A stretch of DNA of 63,124 bases, counting the filler, from Octopus bimaculoides (lineage: Eukaryota): the NCBI RefSeq assembly GCF_001194135.2. It is 5 parts of 4 records of this genome, joined end to end, with 100 filler letters (N's around TTAATTAATTAA, not from the genome) between each part and the next. Parts side by side here need not be neighbours in the genome. Positions count along the whole stretch, not along the records: positions 17,829 to 48,306 come from NC_068982.1; 4 more parts are not named here. One strand, given 5' to 3'. The notes below the pieces were generated by a model that was not told the DNA's origin, did no database searches, and was given only the letters and a program-made list of their open reading frames with translations. The translations under genes were made by a program, and so were the position numbers. Position 1 is the first letter of the stretch. Each line of letters begins with the position of its first letter. Shown piece after piece: positions 26,621 through 37,250 of the stretch.

Positions 26621-28114
26621 TAACTTTGAGAAAAAGAAGCGATGGAAACTTTATTAATAGCAAAGTGTTCACAAAAAATCAAGCTCACAGATATACAGAG
26701 AAATGTACTTGTATTTACAGTCTTATAATTTTAAATATGGCTTGAGGATATTATCATATATAAAAGTATTCCCGAGACATTCACCACTTACTATAAAATG
26801 TATAGAATATGCCCAATTGCAACATATTAATATAAAGATGTGATTGTTATGGCCCTGAGCTGATGCCAGACTAACGAATTTAGAAACATTATTGTTACAC
26901 ACGAAGGTGAATGTTTTAAAAAGAAATTACTGAAGGATCCATATTCAAAGAAATATCAGACTTAAAAATTGTTATATTTTAATATAAAAGAATATAACAT
27001 GTTTTGAGATATAACATGTGTGTGTATGTACGTGTGTGCGTGTATATCTCTTTGTGCGTTTAAGTAAGCACGTAAGATCATGTCACACGTTCTCATCAAA
27101 ATATTGAACTTGAATCTCAAATGTATTAAAAGATGACACAAGCAGATCTATATATTAAAACTAGTTGATCACGGCTGGAATATCATTTTTTACCATGTCA
27201 TCTTGATATACACCTATGACAAAAGAAAAATTAGTCTTTTCTCTTATCTATTTTTCAATCAATCACTCGACCAATCAATCAATCAATGTATCTGTCTGTC
27301 TATATGTATGTCTGTCTATATATACATCTGTCTGTCTATATATACATATGTCTGTCTGGCTCTCTGTCTATCTACCTGTCTATCTATCTGTCTATCTATT
27401 TATCGATCTATAATCCTTTATTCTTTTATCTTGTTGCAGTCATTTGACTGAAATGTGCTCTTAATGTCCGTTTCTCTCCTCTTCTTTAACACCCTCTCTC
27501 CATTTTCCCTTTCATTCTCTCCATTTTAAATAATATTTGTATTTTAAACGAGTTGAATATGCTAAATTTACCCAGTAAAATTATCTAGATTGTTTATATG
27601 TCGAATGAAAACACCCAGTCCTGATGTCGGATATACCATGTTTGTATCTCACAAAAGATGCATCAACATATTTTCAGAGTGAGAAAAATTAGGTATTCAT
27701 TTTCCATTTCTGATTGCATATAATATTTAATAAAAATCATTGATTTCATGAGTTAAAAAATGTTTCTATATACATTCTTCCTAACTAATGTTAGAATAAA
27801 TAATAAATATAAAAAAAGTTCATCGATTTTGTAAAATAAAATGCGCAAATTCAATAATGAATCTCAAATTATTTTTCTTGCAGATTTTAGTTTTTCTTTC
27901 CTTTTTATTCTAAAGTCATCAAATATTTGTATCTAATGACGTGCTTTGAATTTCTAAACAGGAAGTTAATTTTTCTTATGCCTATAATATGTTAAATTTT
28001 ATTTTATCCAATCAAAATTGCCGTGCTGATAATGTAGGTCATTATAACGTAGTGACTACCATCTTAAATCATGCGAACAATTTTAATTTTGTCTGTGTTT
28101 AAATCACACACACG

Positions 28115-28189
<75 letters not shown>

Positions 28190-28436
28190 TTCAATAAACA
28201 ACACATTTTATCATTAATTAGTATTCATTCATCATGTTGAAATATCATGTCAGAAATCGGTTGAATGTATGTTGTAGGTACAGATTGTCTGTATCAATTT
28301 GATTTGCGGATACAATTGTATATGCAGAGGGAAATAATCAACATGCGATATCAAAAGTTAAAATCTACATTAAGCGCATAAACTCTTTTGACATTATTGA
28401 TAATGGACGGATAGGCGTCCTCACCTTGTTTGTTGG

Positions 28437-28486
28437 TATCATGATGTTTCGGCTGATATACTCTGCAGACCTCATCAGGTCTTCTG
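28437..28486 (-). ncRNA. Degenerate minimal type I hammerhead ribozyme motif
   Basis: Minus strand: agaagac CUGAUGA GGUCUG cagaguauau CAGCC GAAA C AUC augau. The core is intact, but stem II has a mismatch, and stem III and stem I are damaged. Confidence 0.6.
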
Positions 28487-28798
28487 GTGGAATTTCGAAC
28501 CCAGGTGTTTATTTGACTAACGGGGTATTCTGTTCTCATCCCTAATATATGTTGCTGAGGTTATCTTTCTGTTGATATTATTTTTCAAGACCCTCTTTGG
28601 AATTAAACTTAGAATCCGAGGGTTACTAGCTCACGAGCATATAGCATAAGCTACTAACACTCAGATTCTAAGTTCAATCCCACGCAAGGACTTGAAAAAT
28701 ATTAATATATTTAAAAAGTAACATCAGCAACATACCTTAGCAATGAGAACAGTGCGCTCTATTAGTCAAATAAAGGGCTGGGTTTGAAATTCCACCAG

Positions 28799-28844
28799 AA
28801 CACTTGATGAAGGCTGGAGAGTCCATCAGCCGAAACGTAGTGAT
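28799..28844 (+). ncRNA. Minimal type I hammerhead ribozyme motif (U3 variant)
   Basis: aacac UUGAUGA a GGCUG gagaguccau CAGCC GAAA C GUA gugau. Stem I is CAC/GUG, stem III is the palindrome ACGU, and the cleavage triplet is GUA at 28837-28839. Confidence 0.7.
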
Positions 28845-29727
28845 AACAACAAACAAGATAATGACACCTATCCGTCAATTATTAATATTGTACATAATTC
28901 TTCATCTCAAACGGATAGAATAAAAACTCTTTTGACTGTTGCATATCCAAATTTTAATGTAATATTTGTTGTAAGGATAGATTATCCGTGTGAATGGGAC
29001 GCCAGTCGGCCACGCTGCTATCATCTCCTCTCCAACGGAACCTGTTCATGGCACACTGTAAAGGAGCAAGATGGAATGAAATATATTTCTCATGGAAAGA
29101 AAGCGATACCACTTTGCTTCAGAGTAGTGAACACGTGAGTTATCGACCGTGAACCTAAAACGCGAATCGCTCGACCACTTACCCACACATCAAATAAATA
29201 ACATTTAATTAAATTCCGACAGACAGGAATTCTGTTTTATTCAAGAGCTGGACTGATATTGATTTTTTAATAAGTCTTTTACTTTCTTTATTGGATAAAT
29301 AATTCCAATACATATTGGAAGGAAACATTCCTACTAAAATACATGCTGATAGATCAATGTAACATTGGCATTGGAAGAATTAATGACTCTTATTGTTAAA
29401 ACATCACTTTTTGGTAATAGTGCACTTCTTTAGTATCCAGAGGCATAAACAGATAAATACTTTGTTAGAGAATAATACCTACTTCTTGGCAATCGCATTG
29501 AATAACTCTGCTAAGCTTGACTTAAAGTTTAGTGGTCTATGAGTATTACACATAGTCGTAATTATACATTTAGTAAAAGTACTCTTTATAATCTTAAGTG
29601 TCGTGGCAACCAAATAGTACAGCGTTCACAGATAGGAACATTGCATTCATATAGTATATGTGTGTGTATCAATAATTATATGCACGCATGCATATATCTA
29701 TCTATCTATCTATTTATATCTATATTT

Positions 29728-29768
<41 letters not shown>

Positions 29769-31298
29769 NNNNNNNNNNNNNNNNNNNNNNNNNNNNNNNN
29801 NNNNNNNNNNNNNNNNNNNNNNNNNNNNNNNNNNNNNNNNNNNNNNNNNNNNNNNNNNNNNNNNNNNNNNNNNNNNNNNNNNNNNNNNNNNNNNNNNNNN
29901 NNNNNNNNNNNNNNACACACACACACACACACATATATATACATATATATATATATGTATATGTTTATGTTTATGTATATGTATATGAGTATACATATAT
30001 GCTATTGTTTAATCTCGCTTAATTCTCTTGGTCCTTATCTTTATGAAAGATAAACTTCCATGACAGGCTCCCATTCACATCCCATTTCTTGGCAATAAGC
30101 GTTAGACCTACTGATAGCAATAGGAAGGAATCATAAATTTTAAAGCAATTGTTCAATATAGTATCGATCAACAGCATCAATCCATATCCGATACAAATAC
30201 CAATGAAATGTTTGAAAGACGCATACACGTAATTAACGAAAATCACCTATTGAACACTCTTATTCATATTAAAATGCCTAATCTATCGTCATACTATTGG
30301 AAATCCATGCTTTAATTCAACCTTCGTCTTCCACTTCAATACCTAACGATTATTCCGTGTCGAGCGTCACTTTAGGCGGAAAATATACCGTTACGTGAGA
30401 CTAACGCACGGACGTAGAGTGAGACGTAGAGAAGGTTCTAAATTTACTTACGTGTTCGTTCTGCACAAACACTTCAGAGAAGATATACAGAGCATTGATT
30501 GTTTCGCATTACCATTAGACCTGTTCGGTCAACCGTGTCAGCCTTTACTTTCGACACTAAGCTTTGGCAGTGATACTAACAAACGGACGTAGCGGGGAAC
30601 CTACAAGAATCTCTAAGAAGTCATGTGACTGTCCTCTACCAATTAAATCCTATTGAAAACATATACTAATTTGAACCATGACCTACCTATTTTGATAGGG
30701 CAAACATCAAACACTAGTCAGAAGCAAAACAGCAACAACATAAGCCACGTCTTTCTATTTGAAACTTCTCAAAATCGTTGTAAACTGTGAAACCGGTTCA
30801 ATCTATAAATACAGTGAAAAATCTTTCAAGTACACACATTGCCATTTCAGCTTCTATTTTTTTTTTCTATCTTAGTATAAATTTGAATGACGTTTCTCTA
30901 TCCGTTACGTTTTTATGTTCATCAACTCCTCTTAGACCGTTCGTGCACGGACAGCGAAACTCCCCTAATCCCAGGGAATGTCTATTTTTGAAGGGCCGCC
31001 TAATTGGGACCCCTCTGACCCCCACCCATATTTTGACTGCATTTTAAACTAAATATATGGCATTGGCAACCAAATCGGAGCAATGACGAGATATGTCTTA
31101 CCATGAACTACCAGGGAATATCCGAAGGAGGTCAGTATATGAAAGGCCCTTCACATGGGGCCCTACTGGCTCCCTTATTTCTACTGCATTTACCTTGTTC
31201 CTACGTTTATTGATTAGCATTATTGCTTAGCATATTTGCAAAAATGAGTTTCATCACACAAGGGAAGGGTAGAATATATATATATATAAGACACGTAC

Positions 31299-31326
31299 CT
31301 TCGTCGTAAAAAGACGGACTTTTCAT
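31299..31326 (-). CDS. Candidate first coding exon of an unidentified gene (MKSPSFYDE + phase-1 intron)
   Basis: caactATG with A at -3, nine sense codons, then a strong donor AAG|GTACGT (31298-31293). A TATA box lies 96 nt upstream in a repeat-free region. No downstream exon or product could be assigned. Confidence 0.4.
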
Positions 31327-31394
31327 AGTTGTGGCCAGTCAGTAGCCAAATAAACAGATTTCAACTCAAACAAGCAGTAACTTTCCTTGGTTTT

Positions 31395-31432
31395 AGTCTC
31401 AGAAACCTTGAATTAACCCAATTTTATATACC
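31395..31432 (-). promoter_or_regulatory. Candidate TATA-box core promoter
   Basis: Minus-strand gggggTATATAAAAttggg (plus 31422-31430), positioned so that a TSS near 31395 gives a short 5'UTR before the ATG at 31326. Confidence 0.4.
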
Positions 31433-32569
31433 CCCTGGAGAATCAAATATAAAACAACAGTGCCTACAAAGCACTCGAATAATCTCAAGATTAGCTCTAA
31501 AGCTAGACTCGGGAGTACGCTTAATTTCTCTTGATTTGTATTAAACACGCCGCTCTTTCTCGTTTGTACTAAATACACTGGACTCTCTCACACAAACTCG
31601 GATATAGCCACGCATTTCCGAATATATCAACATAAAATCTCCGAACGGCACATTCATGATGATACATCGAATCAGCAATAACTAAAGTATAATGTATAAT
31701 ACTAATCTATCCACTGAATATGGTCAATGATATTTTAAAACACCACTGGTTAGAGACCAAAAACAGTGCACTGATAAACGCTTGGTACGCTCATCATAGC
31801 GATGGTGTGTGTTGGTACATCTGTATCGCTGCTTCTACGTTGTCTGTTATACGTGCAGCTTCCACGTTATGTGTTATACGTGCAGCTTCCTTTTTCCTTC
31901 TTTTTTTCCGTCTTTTTTATGTTTTAAGTTAATCTATTTGACTGTTAATAAACTTAATATTACTGGACACTAATCAATGTTAAATTCATTAACTTATATC
32001 TCAATGTTGTACAACATAGCATTTTGGCAATAAATTCATATAATTTTAGCAATTTGAGAAAACTAAACAAAGTTGTAAATTTTCTAATTTCAAATAACGT
32101 TCAGAGAGAGAACGACTAATATAATTGTTACCATATATATTGGTAAAAATCATAAAGACTTTAAGTTAAACATTTAATGAGGAAATAATATATGCTCAGT
32201 GCAAGTAATACAAATTTATGGATAAAAAATTCAGTGCTAATCAGTAAATAAATACTTAGTAAGTTTTATAATTCCTTCATCGTAATTGTGGGGAAAGAAA
32301 GCAAATTTGATCAAATTAAATTACGTCATTTAAATTGACGACAGCTAATAAGAGAGGAAAATTAATCAAATGCTTATGAAATTTCATGACGTATATTTTG
32401 CCTTCAATAGCTAGGTTTGATGCTGAAAGTAACAAGTTCAATTATTACAGAAAATCATTACAAATGTGTCGTGTATAACTGAATTACTTATTAGAGATGA
32501 ACAAAATTTATAACTATTGTTGTACTCCATAGAATACTGAATATTTAGGCAAAATAAACATCAGAGAGG

Positions 32570-33200
32570 ATCTGCCCCATGCAGAAGCTGCAGGAATTGA
32601 TCAGAGGTTTTTAAGGACTTCTAAATCCTTTGCAAGGCTCGCAATACTTCCGAATCTACAGTGTATGTTTGAAGGTCACAGATATTTCGTGCCTTAGCCA
32701 GTCTGCACGCTTCACTAGAGTAGGGTAGTGAGGATTGAGCTTGTCTTCACAGAAAAAAGGAAAGTTTTCATTCACTGTCTTTTGTCAATTGTAGCCATCT
32801 TGAGCTAGTCGCAGTCGCCGTGGCTATTTCCATGATGGCTTTCTTCAGTTGTCTGGGCTCCGGATGAAACTTCTGCAGGAAATAGAGCACTGATAAGGAT
32901 GGCAAACTGCGGTAGCTGACTTCAATGGGACTTGAGGCTGCTTGCCCTTCAGAACGTCTACATAGACTAAGCGCTGACGTTTCAATTTCTTTACCTGGTA
33001 AGAAATATCACTTATGTCCTTCTAGATCACTGTGAGTTCGACCACAATCGTTGCTGGTGTATTGCTGGAGAGCAAGAACATGTCTGGTGACAGTGACGTT
33101 ACCACATTCTGTTGTGGGAATATAAGTCTAAGTCTGCCCTTCATATTCACCTACATCTCCCAATCCAAGACTGAATACAAAATAGAAAATGGGTCCCCTA
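32570..33200 (-). pseudogene. Probable heavily decayed RTE-like LINE 3' end
   Basis: Minus-strand KLKRQRLVYVDVLKG resembles the RTE C-terminal GRxRLRYxDVLK motif. The remainder is only weakly alignable by eye. Confidence 0.35.
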
Positions 33201-34509
33201 CATTAGCTTACGCCTTAGGAGCTTACAGCTTATGTACGTTTTCTATTTTTGAGACAGTGTAAGAATACTACCAATAAATTTTAGCGTTTGGTGCTTGTTC
33301 TGAAATAGTGTTCTGGGGTAGCTAACACTATGGAACTAAGTATTATTTCATAATTCCTTTTGTTTTATATTGTGTGATAATGTATTTTCAGAAAATATTG
33401 AATCGCAGTTATAATTTCTTTCAGAAACATAGAGGAAAATATTTAATGAAAAGCAACGAGAGAAAATAAACAGTAAATAAAATAACAAAATTTTCTGAAA
33501 TATACATTATCGTAGGTAATACAGAAGTGCAAATCATATTAATCAGTGGAGGAATTCTTGAAAGAGTATGTTTTATGTTATTTATATGTTATAAATGTAG
33601 TGATTGGTTTTCATATAATCAAATAACTAATTTTCTCCCATTACAAAAAAAAAATGTTAAAGTATATTATAAAATTTGCAAAAATTTATAAATTCAAAAC
33701 CCATATGAAAGTTATGATTAATGGAAGTGCAATCACTTTTTGTTCTCTTTTTTTTTCAAAACACACACACGTACACAAACAGATACACATGCAGACGAAC
33801 GCGCACACACACACACACACACTCATGCATATATGTGTGTCTGTGTGGAGAGAGAGAGAGAGATTCAAATAAACAGATAAAACACTGATANNNNNNNNNN
33901 NNNNNNNNNNNNNNNNNNNNNNNNNNNNNNNNNNNNNNNNNNNNNNNNNNNNNNNNNNNNNNNNNNNNNNNNNNNNNNNNNNNNNNNNNNNNNNNNNNNN
34001 NNNNNNNNNNNNNNNNNNNNNNNNNNNNNNNNNNNNNNNNNNNNNNNNNNNNNNNNNNNNNNNNNNNNNNNNNNNNNNNNNNNNNNNNNNNNNNNNNNNN
34101 NNNNNNNNNNNNNNNNNNNNNNNNNNNNNNNNNNNNNNNNNNNNNNNNNNNNNNNNNNNNNNNNNNNNNNNNNNNNNNNNNNNNNNNNNNNNNNNNNNNN
34201 NNNNNNNNNNNNNNNNNNNNNNNNNNNNNNNNNNNNNNNNNNNNNNNNNNNNNNNNNNNNNNNNNNNNNNNNNNNNNNNNNNNNNNNNNNNNNNNNNNNN
34301 NNNNNNNNNNNNNNNNNNNNNNNNNNNNNNNNNNNNNNNNNNNNNNNNNNNNNNNNNNNNNNNNNNNNNNNNNNNNNNNNNNNNNNNNNNNNNNNNNNNN
34401 NNNNNNNNNNNNNNNNNNNNNNNNNNNNNNNNNNNNNNNNNNNNNNNNNNNNNNNNNNNNNNNNNNNNAGTAGTAGTGGTAGTAGGTGCAGCAGCAGCAG
34501 TACTAGTGG

Positions 34510-34557
<48 letters not shown>

Positions 34558-34559
34558 GG

Positions 34560-34619
<60 letters not shown>

Positions 34620-34624
34620 ATATT

Positions 34625-35020
34625 GTTATATTTTTGTCATTGACGCTTTCGCTCAGACAAATGTTCTACTGTCACTATACCGAAAGAGCGAACCGTATCA
34701 AATGGTCTAATGTCCTTGGGGGTCATTCCTTCTCTTTTAGCTTTCTATCGCATTCCTTAAGAAACCTTGCTGTTCCTACCAGTGTTGTTTTCTGCAACGA
34801 CCCCGTCCTGATGATAATTCTAAGCTTCTCAAATCATCCATCCAATATTTTAGTAACTGCTCCCAGTTACAAACCATGATCGGTACCACTTCTATGTACC
34901 CAAATCTCCATAGTTACCTGATTTCCCACTTCAGCTCCTGATATTTCTCCATTTTTTCACTTTCTTTCACATTCGCCCATTCGTTCCATTGTTGTAGTTC
35001 TACGACAACAATGTCACCGT
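34625..35020 (-). mobile_element. R4/Dong-like RLE retrotransposon 3' relic
   Basis: Frameshifted DIVVVE...KMEKYQELKWEIR*LW...EVVPIMV...LQKTTLVGTARFL. Its 3' end abuts a (TAG)n array, read (CTA)n on the element strand. Confidence 0.7.
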
Positions 35021-35438
35021 GGATGGTCATGGCACAAATATATACTGTTCATTTTCAGCTATGCTTTCCGATTCGTGCTTATTTCATGTCACTTCTGGAA
35101 TATTAATAATAATTACTCCTCTTCCTCCTCCTCCACCTCCTCCTCCTACTACTACTACNNNNNNNNNNNNNNNNNNNNNNNNNNNNNNNNNNNNNNNNNN
35201 NNNNNNNNNNNNNNNNNNNNNNNNNNNNNNNNNNNNNNNNNNNNNNNNNNNNNNNNNNNNNNNNNNNNNNNNNNNNNNNNNNNNNNNNNNNNNNNNNNNN
35301 NNNNNNNNNNNNNNNNNNNNNNNNNNNNNNNNNNNNNNNNNNNNNNNNNNNNNNNNNNNNNNNNNNNNNNNNNNNNNNNNNNNNNNNNNNNNNNNNNNNN
35401 NNNNNNNNNTACCACTACCACCATTACTACTACTACTG

Positions 35439-35495
<57 letters not shown>

Positions 35496-35728
35496 TCAAC
35501 ACCACCACCACCACCAGCATGGGTTCTGCATTCTTTAAGTGACAACAACAAAAATTATCGAGCCACAATCTCCGCTGGTTTGCTTTCTCATCACCGTTCA
35601 ACCCATGGACACAAGCAGCGATTTCTTTACCGAATCATTACTGACGACAAAAAAATGGTGCCTGTACATCAATATGAAGCAGCGTAAGGAATGGCTTAGC
35701 CCCGATTAACAAGCGACACCGCGCGTGA

Positions 35729-35915
35729 AACAATACGTTTTCTCCAGACCATGTAGCAAATTCAAAAAATGAATTTAAATATGACCCAGAAGAGGGAGTC
35801 AACTTCGAAGCATATTACCGAAGATTTGATCAAGTTTTTGAAAAAAAAATGCCAAGACTGAACGGACCAAATGAAAACGATTCGAATTCTGAAGAAACTG
35901 GTGACGATAGAGCTC
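35729..35915 (+). pseudogene. Gypsy-type (K02A2.6-like) gag N-terminal relic
   Basis: NTFSPDHVANSKNEFKYDPEEGVNFEAYYRRFDQVFEK/CQD*TDQMKTIRILKKL matches my recollection of the F.YDPE.G.TF..W..RYED.F..D...W.D..K...LL.KL gag pattern. Confidence 0.55.
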
Positions 35916-36039
35916 TAAAAATAATGTGACTTTATATTGCTTAAAAAAGCTTCTGACATAAATTTCACGGACATAATTCACATTTTATGTAGGATGTTTA
36001 ATGCAAAAATTTTAAGCCAATAATTTTTTTTGTATTAAG

Positions 36040-36255
36040 GCTGCGAAATGGCAGAATCGCTATCATGCAGGTCCATTGCTTAGCGGCATTTCGTCCTTCT
36101 TTATGTTTTGAGTTCAAATTCAGCCGAAGTTAACTTTGCCTTGCATCCTATCGGTGTCATCAAAATAATTAAAAACCATTTAATCACTGGTGTCCAGTAA
36201 CGGGAGTTAATCCCTTCCCGAAATAGCTGATCTTGCGGCAAAATTCGAAACAAAT
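36040..36255 (+). mobile_element. Family B SINE
   Basis: ggctgcgaaatggcagaatcg...gagttcaaattcagccgaagttaactttgccttgcatcctatcgg. Confidence 0.75.
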
Positions 36256-36711
36256 ATTTTACTGTGTTGTGTATTACCAAGAATATAATCCTGACTGAAT
36301 TCTCTCCCTGAGGGTACGTTTGTTCTCAACTAAAGTGAAGTGTTTTGGTAAAAACTGTAACCATGATCAGTGAAAACGGTTACTTCATTATAGATTATTT
36401 ATTCATCTACATAATTTCCCATAATTTCTTGTTGTGCAAACCATATAAATGGATATTATATAATGCAATGTGAACATAAATTGTAAGAAACGAGTTATGA
36501 AGGTATTTGCTCTAGCTATTCTGCGTTTTTAATCCGTAATGCTAATTAAGTTCTCCATACTCTAAGAAAAAAACAATTCGCCAATTTTCTTGTATAATAC
36601 TTTCGCATATAAATGCGTTTCGTTTTAATCCAATAAAAAATGTTGTTTAATTCGTATTTGTTAATTGTACATAAAGAGCAAACAAGTTCACCGCAAATCG
36701 AGAAAATATAT

Positions 36712-36720
36712 ACCGGAAGT
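36712..36720 (+). promoter_or_regulatory. ETS-type ACCGGAAGT motif just upstream of a candidate start codon
   Basis: Exact CCGGAAGT about 22 nt before the ATG at 36742. This motif is typical of TATA-less housekeeping promoters (established knowledge); its function here is inferred. Confidence 0.4.
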
Positions 36721-36741
36721 ATTGCAACATAAAGGCAAAAA

Positions 36742-36853
36742 ATGGAAAACCAAAGCAGGGAAGAATATTACGATGCATATCTAGCACAGCAGTCACTTCT
36801 GAAACAAGCAGAACTTTGGGAAAACAAAAAAGGACAAATTAATTCTATCGTCA
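36742..36853 (+). CDS. Candidate first coding exon (MENQSREEYYDAYLAQQSLLKQAELWENKKGQINSIV, phase-1 donor)
   Basis: aaaaATGG context, 37 stop-free codons with protein-like composition in repeat-free DNA, and donor CA|GTATGT at 36854. A possible acceptor tttctttgtttcag| lies at 37856. No family recognised. Confidence 0.45.
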
Positions 36854-36879
36854 GTATGTGAAATGATTATTCCATTTCT

Positions 36880-37062
36880 ATATTTAAGAGATGAGGAATT
36901 ATGTACATTATTTACATTATTTACATTTGACGGATATTTGTCCTCATCTTGTTACTTGTTAACACAACGTTTCGGCTGATATACCCTCCAGCCTTCATCA
37001 GGTGTCTGGGGGAAATTTCGAACCTGGGATCTCATTCCTAAGATATTTTTCGATGTTTTTGC

Positions 37063-37123
<61 letters not shown>

Positions 37124-37135
37124 GTTGTTGTTCAG
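36880..37135 (-). mobile_element. Hammerhead-bearing SINE-like element, same family as the 28.4-28.9 kb arms (head missing)
   Basis: Minus strand: (AAT)n, aacatcgaaaaatatcttaggaatgagatcccaggttcgaaatttcc, hammerhead, then aacaagatgaggacaaatatccgtcaaatgtaaataatgt...acataattcctcatctc. Confidence 0.8.
36961..37006 (-). ncRNA. Intact minimal type I hammerhead ribozyme motif
   Basis: GACAC CUGAUGA a GGCUG gaggguauau CAGCC GAAA C GUU GUGUU. It has a 5-bp stem I, a 5-bp stem II, a self-complementary AACGUU stem III and a GUU cleavage triplet. Confidence 0.82.
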
Positions 37136-37204
37136 TAATTTTATTTTATAACGTGCTTTCACTTCACTACCGAGCGCAGCTCTGTGCGCCTTGGGTATGT
37201 GCAG

Positions 37205-37250
37205 GACACCTGATGAAGGCTGGGGAGTATATCAGCCGAAACGCTGTGTT
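37205..37250 (+). ncRNA. Hammerhead motif with a mutated cleavage triplet, inverted partner of 36961-37006
   Basis: GACAC CUGAUGA a GGCUG gggaguauau CAGCC GAAA C GCU GUGUU. U16.1 is changed to C. It is followed by the same aagatgaggacaaatatccgtcaaat tail to about 37290. Confidence 0.75.

Larger units (their letters stand above)
28392..28910. mobile_element. Foldback (head-to-head) dimer of a tRNA-like-headed, hammerhead-bearing element
   Basis: Two about 240-260-nt arms in inverted orientation around a 17-nt loop (28632-28648). The inner 51 nt match at 41/51 positions. Each arm reads gctactaac...agttcaatccc (tRNA/B-box-like), AT-rich linker, ttagxaatgagaac, gggttygaaattcc, hammerhead core, then the aacaaacaagat...tccgtca tail. 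Confidence 0.8.
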
